Virus record (IMG/VR): IMGVR_UViG_3300020045_005222
Location: 1-38,923 of that record
DNA length: 38,923 nt
Strand: one strand, 5' to 3'
DNA from: a virus
Lineage: Duplodnaviria > Caudoviricetes
Position numbers and translations under genes: made by a program. Below are positions 33,056 through 38,923 of this stretch, piece by piece. Numbering within the stretch: position 1 is the first letter of the stretch; every line of letters starts with the position of its first letter. The notes beneath the pieces are model-generated. The model was not told where the DNA came from and did no database searches. It worked only from the letters and a program-made list of their open reading frames with translations.

Positions 33056-35167
33056 TTAATTTGGCTTATAATATGCTTGAAATCTTACAACCTCGCCATA
33101 TTCAGGAGATTTAATTAAACCATCACCCATTCCCGCTAATGATTCCGCTCCAGCTTCGTCTAATACCACCATTGAATCAACTGCTTTTGGAACTTTAAAG
33201 CAAATCTGAACTGGAAAGTTGTTTTTAATATCCCCGTTTACCACTTTTACAGACGCTCTTTGCGTTGCAATCATTATTCTAAATCCTGATGAACGCCCTT
33301 TTTGAGCTAATATGCCTAAATTTTCCTCTAGCGATTTTTCAACTCCTACTTTTACTCTTTGCATTTTCTCTTGTGGTTCTGCGCCTCCTAAAAGTGCTGC
33401 TGCCGAAAGCCTATAAAAACCTTGTGATTGCATTTCGTAAATATCCAATTCCTTACCTGATTTAGCTTGGTCACAAGCATCCTTAAACTCGTCAAATATT
33501 ACCGCTGTAAATTTCTTTACTCCCGCTTTTATTCTGTCGTTCATTTCAATAACCAATTCACGCATTTTATTTTCAATATCTTCAATCTCCGAAAATATTT
33601 GTACTCCCTCAATTTTTAATCTTGAAAATTCAAACTTTGGATCAAAAACAATAATGTCCGTAACTCCTGATAATTTTAAATATTCGATTGATGAAATCAT
33701 TGAAGCTGTTTTACCACTGCCAACCGAACCGCAAACCAAAACATTAGTAGTGGAGTGGTTTTCAATATCCCAAACAATTAAGTTTCCTAAATTATCTTTA
33801 CCTAAAGGGATTTTTTTATCTACCAATTCTTTAGCGTCGAAAATCAAATCAGTTTCACGTTTTTTGGCGTGTTCTACCGCTAAATAGGCTTTGTCCTCAT
33901 AAACTGATAACTCTTTTGCTACTCTTACGTTTGGAACATTTAACGCACTCGCAATATCCAATGAATGACTATGTATTGATGAAATTTTAATTCCCGGCTC
34001 GAACCTTAGTAAGTATGTGTTACTTGAATAACCGCTAAAGTTATGTTCAACTGCTACTGGTATGTTGAATCGTTTTAAAACGTGTTCTATTTTTTCTGTG
34101 TTTTCCATGTTTTTGTTTGTAAAGTCGTATTGAATGAATGATGATGCTTTTTCTTTAAATTGTTTAAGTAGTTTCGGAGGGATTGATTTTGTTTCCGAAT
34201 CCTTAATTTTCTTTTGGCGTAATTCGATTAAATGCTTTTTGCTTTCATCGATATTGAAAGTCATTTCCGGCATCATTCTTTTAAATAAGAAGTCGTATTG
34301 TTCTGCTCTACTTACAAAATTATCTGATTCATTCATAACGTAGTCGTGGTCAGGATTTGAAACAGCTTCTAGCATTTTTCTAACCGGAGAATATAATAAA
34401 TATTCATAAGTGGCTATTACGTCATTAGTCAACTCAACTTGAAATTTTGCTAGCTGTGGCGATTTATCTCTATTTTCTGGAATCTTATTTTCAACAAACC
34501 AAACCTCGTCCGCATAAATTCCTTTAATACTTCCATAAAGCAAGTAATATAAAACCGATTGCGTACCAAGTGAAAATGCAGCTTCTTCCTCGTCAGAATG
34601 TTTTGATTTACTCTTGTGGTCTAATATTACTATTTTACCTGATTTTGATAAGAAAACTAAATCAACAACACCGCTTGCGGGCAATGGAATTTCAACACCA
34701 TTAAGAACTATAAAATCTTTCATGTATAATTCCACGTCTAAGATTTCTTCAATGTCGTCAATGTAAATCGAAAGTTCTTTAAAAAACCACAACAATAATT
34801 TACTTACATCTTTTGTAGCTGCTTCGATACATTCTAAAACCGACGGTGTAGTTTTTTGTAACTTCCAGTCTTTCGCTTCAACACTTTCGATTTTAGCAAA
34901 TGCGATTTGTTCTAAATCAATTATATCAACATCTACGCCCTCTTTTCGCTTTCTGAAATAGTATTTTAATGCTTCATGGTAAGCGTTTCCGGCAACTGCT
35001 GAGGGAGCTTTTCTGAATGGCTCTCGGTAAATGTATTGCATTTCAAACACAAGCTCATTTCTTGCGAATTGGGACGCTGCTGAATAACTCCAACTGCTGA
35101 TTAGAAAACGGCTGAAAACCTCTTCTAATTCGTCAGGACTTAGTTTTTTAAAGCTATTCTGTATCAT
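33056..35167 (-). CDS. Fusion of a PD-(D/E)XK exonuclease-like domain and an FtsK/SpoIIIE motor (alpha and beta domains; no TM segment, no gamma domain)
   Basis: N-terminal SYS..., GNAYHEAL, GVVDLV, ILDHKS, Q..LY. C-terminal FtsK alpha segment (PGIKISSI....DIA.AL), Walker A GSVGSGKT, DPK, Walker B IFDEF, AQKGRSSG, ATQR, DS..VLDE.GAE.L.G.GD.L. Confidence 0.9.
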   Translation of the reverse strand: MIQNSFKKLSPDELEEVFSRFLISSWSYSAASQFARNELVFEMQYIYREPFRKAPSAVAGNAYHEALKYYFRKRKEGVDVDIIDLEQIAFAKIESVEAKDWKLQKTTPSVLECIEAATKDVSKLLLWFFKELSIYIDDIEEILDVELYMKDFIVLNGVEIPLPASGVVDLVFLSKSGKIVILDHKSKSKHSDEEEAAFSLGTQSVLYYLLYGSIKGIYADEVWFVENKIPENRDKSPQLAKFQVELTNDVIATYEYLLYSPVRKMLEAVSNPDHDYVMNESDNFVSRAEQYDFLFKRMMPEMTFNIDESKKHLIELRQKKIKDSETKSIPPKLLKQFKEKASSFIQYDFTNKNMENTEKIEHVLKRFNIPVAVEHNFSGYSSNTYLLRFEPGIKISSIHSHSLDIASALNVPNVRVAKELSVYEDKAYLAVEHAKKRETDLIFDAKELVDKKIPLGKDNLGNLIVWDIENHSTTNVLVCGSVGSGKTASMISSIEYLKLSGVTDIIVFDPKFEFSRLKIEGVQIFSEIEDIENKMRELVIEMNDRIKAGVKKFTAVIFDEFKDACDQAKSGKELDIYEMQSQGFYRLSAAALLGGAEPQEKMQRVKVGVEKSLEENLGILAQKGRSSGFRIMIATQRASVKVVNGDIKNNFPVQICFKVPKAVDSMVVLDEAGAESLAGMGDGLIKSPEYGEVVRFQAYYKPN

Positions 35168-35799
35168 ACTGTTGATTTTTTAATTGTTCCTACTTTCGCT
35201 TTTCTTTTAGGTTTTTCGGGATCGTATTGATTAAGCGTTTGTGTTATCTGGATTCTTTTCGCTTCAATCTCATTATCGATTATATTTTTAATCGGGTCGT
35301 AGTGTTCCGATGGTAAAAACTCTCCCATCTTTTCAAATTGCAATTTTAAGTTTTGCCATTTTTCAGGTTTTATGTTTCCGATTTTAGGAACGTAAATATT
35401 AAGTTCCGAACCGAACAAAGGAAAGACCCCCATTGCGTCTTTAATAGCGTCTGAAATAGCAACTGAAATAGCGGCTTTTTCTGGGTGCATTGCTGATATT
35501 TCACAAACTGCTCCTCCATCCTGAAAAGTCCATTCTGATTTATCAAAGTCAAAATAATGAACCCGTAAAATAACCTTTACGAATTTCGTTGTAATCAACT
35601 CGGTTAAAATTTCTTTTCTCCATTGAGTTCCCCAAATCCCATTTAACAAAATCAAAACCTTGTCAATTGGTAAATAGTTATATTCTTTGTGAATTTCGTG
35701 TTTTATAACCCAGTCTTTATTTACTGGTGTATTTAAAACTTGGTGTAATTTTCCAAGCTTATTATTGCCCGAATAAATGTTTTGTAAATTAATATCCAT
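35164..35799 (-). CDS. Putative single-strand annealing protein (Rad52/Sak-like)
   Basis: YLPIDKV..LLNGIWG..W and A.SDAIKDA...FG..LN patterns; ATGA-coupled to the nuclease-FtsK gene. Confidence 0.7.
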   Translation of the reverse strand: MDINLQNIYSGNNKLGKLHQVLNTPVNKDWVIKHEIHKEYNYLPIDKVLILLNGIWGTQWRKEILTELITTKFVKVILRVHYFDFDKSEWTFQDGGAVCEISAMHPEKAAISVAISDAIKDAMGVFPLFGSELNIYVPKIGNIKPEKWQNLKLQFEKMGEFLPSEHYDPIKNIIDNEIEAKRIQITQTLNQYDPEKPKRKAKVGTIKKSTV

Positions 35800-35821
35800 A
35801 TCTTTAAAAAGTTTTGTTACA

Positions 35822-35852
35822 CAAATCTACAACTAATTTATTTAATTACAAA
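35822..35852 (-). promoter_or_regulatory. Promoter (TTTG-N19-TAGATTTG) for the recombination operon
   Basis: -7 element at 35822-35829 and TTTG at 35849-35852. Confidence 0.72.
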
Positions 35853-35867
35853 ACTATTTTTTGTTTT

Positions 35868-36077
35868 TTATTTGTAGCTTGAAAATCCAATTTGATAATT
35901 CCGATAACTCCAACCCTCTTTTTTCTCGATTTTTAAAGCGTCACCAAAAGTCATTTGTTTAACGATTATTCTTTCGCCTTTGGTACAGACTACTTCAATC
36001 ATTGTGTCTTTTGGGAGTAGGTTGTTTTTACCAGCGTAATAATTTTTTGGAGTGTCTAATATTATTCCTTGCTCCAT
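35868..36077 (-). CDS. Hypothetical protein
   Basis: Co-oriented, overlapping ORF. Confidence 0.65.
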   Translation of the reverse strand: MEQGIILDTPKNYYAGKNNLLPKDTMIEVVCTKGERIIVKQMTFGDALKIEKKEGWSYRNYQIGFSSYK

Positions 36078-36418
36078 AAATCGCTGAATTTACACCCTAA
36101 AACCTCAATTAACCCTTTTGTAATACGAAAATAAGGCGTTGGGAAGTTCTTGTAAAATTCGTAGTTTTCATTGATTTTATCAACGTTTTCTGGATCAAAA
36201 ATAACTTCTAAATGTTTAATCATTGAAGCGTTTAAACGATAGCAATTCGTAATACTTTCGGGATTTTTTTCACCTATCTCGATTGCAATTGATTTGATCG
36301 TTTTCTTTTTTTGTGCCGGATTCGAATCGTTATGTTTTTTGATCGCCTCTCTTGGTGTGAATTTATATTTTTGGTAAAACTCGCCATAAGCATTTTTAAT
36401 ACAGTCTTCCTTTGTCAT
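36062..36418 (-). CDS. Hypothetical protein, possible HTH regulator
   Basis: TIKSIAIEIG and LIEVLGCKFSDL resemble XRE-type helices; weak evidence. Confidence 0.5.
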   Translation of the reverse strand: MTKEDCIKNAYGEFYQKYKFTPREAIKKHNDSNPAQKKKTIKSIAIEIGEKNPESITNCYRLNASMIKHLEVIFDPENVDKINENYEFYKNFPTPYFRITKGLIEVLGCKFSDLWSKE

Positions 36419-36424
36419 ATCTAA

Positions 36425-36664
36425 TTAGTTTAAATTGTTTTTACTGAAAATATTCGGATTACTTAAAATAAATTCCAACGCTTTTTTACACGCTTCGTTT
36501 GGGGTTGTGGCCTCCGTTTGTTTACCGTTTGAAAAATTAATAGGGTTTCTCCAAACTATACTCCATTTTTTAGTGAAATAGCAATAATTTAAAAACACAT
36601 AAGTAAATCCTGATGCTTTATAATTGTAACTTACAATCTCAATTAGCGTTTCATCTGTTGTCAT
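36425..36664 (-). CDS. Hypothetical protein
   Basis: Tightly packed ORF with an A.TP.EA.CKA pattern. Confidence 0.6.
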   Translation of the reverse strand: MTTDETLIEIVSYNYKASGFTYVFLNYCYFTKKWSIVWRNPINFSNGKQTEATTPNEACKKALEFILSNPNIFSKNNLN

Positions 36665-36671
36665 AATTAGT

Positions 36672-36854
36672 TTATTGTTTGGTTAATGTTGATTTTTTCT
36701 TTAGACCTCTTAAGTGTTTTTTCTTATGAGCAACTATTTTTTCTCCCCACGAAAATTGACTATAATAATCAATTCCGTTTTCGCAGTATTTAATCAGATA
36801 ATTTACATCCTCTTGTTTTGATTCATCAAATTCCATTCTTTGAACCTTTTCCAA
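36672..36854 (-). CDS. Hypothetical protein
   Basis: Fills the gap between neighbours; non-ATG start, so the start is uncertain. Confidence 0.45.
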   Translation of the reverse strand: MEKVQRMEFDESKQEDVNYLIKYCENGIDYYSQFSWGEKIVAHKKKHLRGLKKKSTLTKQ

Positions 36855-36883
36855 TTTACTTGGCGATTGTGTTTTTGTTTCCG

Positions 36884-37267
36884 TTATTCAGTTGGGTTTT
36901 TAGTGTTTTTTGTATCGGTAATTTTACCAAGGTTGATTACGAAATATTCAATTCCTTTAACTGCTCCCCAATCAGGATTTCCCTCTCGTATTTCAACACC
37001 TTTAAATTCAATAATCATCTTAGGAACTTTATTCCCGTACCCGTTTGAGAACTCAATAAAGTCGAACTTCTTAAAGAATCCATTTGGACAAGCGCGTAAG
37101 TGTTCTTTTGCGTCTTCAATAGTTTGGCTTGCCCAAGCAAAATCAAATTCTATCAATCGGCTAATCCAAAAACTTTTCATTTCCCGATATTCCTCTGTCT
37201 TAATACCTGCCAAAATCATATCAAACCATTTCTTTTTAAGCGTTAACCTCAATATTCTTGTTTCCAT
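36884..37267 (-). CDS. ASCH/PUA-like domain protein
   Basis: LTLKKKWFDMILAGIKTEEYRE...YW-like motif and F.NGY. Confidence 0.8.
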   Translation of the reverse strand: METRILRLTLKKKWFDMILAGIKTEEYREMKSFWISRLIEFDFAWASQTIEDAKEHLRACPNGFFKKFDFIEFSNGYGNKVPKMIIEFKGVEIREGNPDWGAVKGIEYFVINLGKITDTKNTKNPTE

Positions 37268-37296
37268 TTGTTTATATGTTAGTTATAAATTTATTG

Positions 37297-37572
37297 TTAA
37301 AATCTTTCAAATAAGTGAAACACTAATGCGCCTTTTTGCATTTGAAACGTCCCAATGTATTTTCTATCAACTCCCATATCACAATGTATAGGATTACCAG
37401 TTCCGAACACCTCAAAACACCTTTCTTCGGTTGCTGTATTTGGTTTAACCAAAGCCCATAAACAAGGTTTTTCATTCTGATTTTGCACTGATAATAATTC
37501 AGCGTCTTTTGGCATACGAATAAATTGTTTATCAGTTACTTCTAATTCGTATTTCCAAATTGTTTTTTCCAT
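37297..37572 (-). CDS. Conserved-type phage hypothetical protein
   Basis: TIWKY.L...LSVQ.Q....LWA.V...GTG...YIGTFQ...LVFHLF pattern; the IS is inserted 11 nt upstream of its ATG. Confidence 0.8.
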   Translation of the reverse strand: MEKTIWKYELEVTDKQFIRMPKDAELLSVQNQNEKPCLWALVKPNTATEERCFEVFGTGNPIHCDMGVDRKYIGTFQMQKGALVFHLFERF

Positions 37573-37583
37573 AATCTCTATTT

Positions 37584-37610
37584 GGTAACTATATATTTAT
37601 TCAACCCAAA
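37584..37610. repeat. IS terminal inverted repeat, downstream end (27 bp)
   Basis: GGTAACTATATATTTATTCAACCCAAA. Confidence 0.95.
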
Positions 37611-37645
37611 ACCCTATTTGTTACCGTTAGAATAGAGTGGATTTT

Positions 37646-37873
37646 TTAAAATTTAACTTTGCCTTTTAAAATGGCGTATCTTACTCTATTATTAGCGTTT
37701 CTGTAATTTTTCCTTATTTCTTCCCAATACGGACTATCACTTTTTTCATCGTTCCATCCGTCTTTCCATCGTTCCCATTCGGGCGTAAATCGTTTGTACG
37801 GATTGGTCTTTAAAGTATATCCATCGTGATAAGCATTATGCCCTTTGTCGTAGGCTATATCTTCGCTATCCAT
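37646..37873 (-). CDS. IS passenger: Rmf/CrpP-fold-like small protein
   Basis: AYDKGHNAYHDG....NPY......W..GW matches the RMF pattern A..G..A...G.....PY......W..GW. Confidence 0.65.
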   Translation of the reverse strand: MDSEDIAYDKGHNAYHDGYTLKTNPYKRFTPEWERWKDGWNDEKSDSPYWEEIRKNYRNANNRVRYAILKGKVKF

Positions 37874-38184
37874 TAGATGTAATAAATATCTATTCCTTTA
37901 CCTGTTCCTGAACGATGTTTCCAACAATAATAAACAACGTAAGTATATTTAAAAACATCGATTTGGTCTTTTACTATTTCCAATGGTTTTGGGGGATTAT
38001 TACCATAATCATCAAAAATATCGAAAACCTGCATACTCTTAAATTTCAAATTAGGACCAGTCATAGTAGGTCCAACTATCATTTTTCCAAATACCGAATC
38101 TGAAACGCTGTAAAGTTGGGGATTGAAAAGCTTTTTAAACTTCGCCCACGTCATTACATTTGCTGATTTTGTGTTATTGTTCAT
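37873..38184 (-). CDS. IS passenger: hypothetical protein
   Basis: Inside the IRs; TAATG coupling. Confidence 0.7.
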   Translation of the reverse strand: MNNNTKSANVMTWAKFKKLFNPQLYSVSDSVFGKMIVGPTMTGPNLKFKSMQVFDIFDDYGNNPPKPLEIVKDQIDVFKYTYVVYYCWKHRSGTGKGIDIYYI

Positions 38185-38185
38185 T

Positions 38186-38416
38186 TTAAATCAATTCAGG
38201 TTTAACAATCTTATAGCCAAATAAAATTTGTTGGTATTCGGCAGATAAATTTTTAACCTTATCCAATTCAGATTGATTATGCTTATACTTACCCGCTTGT
38301 CGGTCTTTTTCCGCATTGAATAAAAATTCTTGAATATTGGCTAATTTTTTAAATTCCATCTTTGGAATGTCAAATGCTCTTAAATCGTAAAAGCCGTGAA
38401 ATGGTACATAGTTCAT
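38186..38416 (-). CDS. IS passenger: hypothetical protein
   Basis: Inside the IRs; tight packing. Confidence 0.7.
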   Translation of the reverse strand: MNYVPFHGFYDLRAFDIPKMEFKKLANIQEFLFNAEKDRQAGKYKHNQSELDKVKNLSAEYQQILFGYKIVKPELI

Positions 38417-38418
38417 AA

Positions 38419-38688
38419 TTAATTGTTTTTTATTGTTACACGCCTTGCAACTCCTTTAAAATTGCTTATTGAAATACCTTTCAAATTTTGTCCTAAGTAA
38501 TGTTTAGCATCTGAATTGTTTACATCAATTACTTCGTCCCATTCACAATAACCTAAGAAGCAACTTAAAATTAAATCCTTGTCTTTTGTAATATCTTCAA
38601 CATCGCAAAGAATTTCATATCCATCGGGAAGCTTTTCAAGAATTTCACGATATACACCTGTTAATGCTTCATCTATTTGTTTCATCAC
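38419..38688 (-). CDS. IS passenger: acidic hypothetical protein
   Basis: Inside the IRs; GTGA/TGATG overlap with the upstream gene. Confidence 0.65.
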   Translation of the reverse strand: MMKQIDEALTGVYREILEKLPDGYEILCDVEDITKDKDLILSCFLGYCEWDEVIDVNNSDAKHYLGQNLKGISISNFKGVARRVTIKNN

Positions 38689-38909
38689 AAAGCACCTTTT
38701 AAAGCATCATTAAAATCAATTTGGCTAATACCGTCTAAATCGGATGATATTTCTTTTAGAACCAACTTTAACCGTATAATTTCCTTATCCGTGAAATATG
38801 CAGAATGCGTTGGATTTAATTTGTTGCAGAAAGTACCCAAAGGCATTTCCATTTTAGAAGCCAAAACGCCCTTGTTTAGCTTCCATTTTTCTACGATTTC
38901 TTGTATCAT
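38685..38909 (-). CDS. IS passenger: putative XRE/Cro-like HTH protein
   Basis: LNKGVLASKMEMPLGTFCNKL is helix-turn-helix-like; the start overlaps the last 56 nt of the transposase on the circle. Confidence 0.65.
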   Translation of the reverse strand: MIQEIVEKWKLNKGVLASKMEMPLGTFCNKLNPTHSAYFTDKEIIRLKLVLKEISSDLDGISQIDFNDALKGAL

Positions 38910-38923
38910 CGGTTAGTTGTTTA
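38803..38923. repeat. Terminal direct repeat (121 bp), right copy
   Basis: Identical to bases 1-121. Confidence 0.95.

Larger units (their letters stand above)
37584..38923 (-). mobile_element. IS1595-family insertion sequence, passenger-gene part (whole element 2387 bp on the circle)
   Basis: Begins with IR GGTAACTATATATTTATTCAACCCAAA (37584-37610), the exact reverse complement of 1142-1168, and is preceded by CTCTATTT (37576-37583). Confidence 0.93.

Noticed and set aside
33056-35167. Cas4 or host cell-division FtsK
   Set aside because: There is no four-Cys Fe-S motif or CRISPR context for Cas4, and no transmembrane or gamma domain for cellular FtsK.
2559-38916. Plus-strand ORFs in the track other than 23309-23746 (for example 14637-15080 and 36840-37391)
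   Set aside because: They are antisense shadows of well-supported minus-strand genes, mostly with non-ATG starts and Phe/Ser/Leu-rich composition.

Overview
This window looks like a complete, circularly assembled tailed-phage genome of about 38.8 kb: bases 1-121 are repeated exactly at 38803-38923. It is AT-rich, almost entirely minus-strand, and has Bacteroidota-type TAnnTTTG promoters, so the host is probably Flavobacterium-like (inference). In transcription order the modules are: small early genes; a recombination operon (Rad52/Sak-like annealing protein plus a PD-(D/E)XK nuclease fused to an FtsK motor); a structured non-coding region, DUF559 endonuclease and replication-type genes; TerS/TerL; a 3.3 kb accessory insert; portal, HK97 protease and capsid; siphovirus-type tail genes; a modular tail fibre and an SGNH/SASA esterase; and a lysis cassette. 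An intact 2387 bp IS1595-family element spans the contig junction, with perfect 27 bp inverted repeats, an 8 bp target duplication and five passenger genes, one of them Rmf/CrpP-like. No integrase, clear CI repressor, DNA polymerase or helicase was recognised. The best candidates for novel biology are the nuclease-FtsK/annealase module, the cargo-carrying IS, and several candidate regulatory RNAs. All product calls come from motifs recognised by eye; no searches were run.
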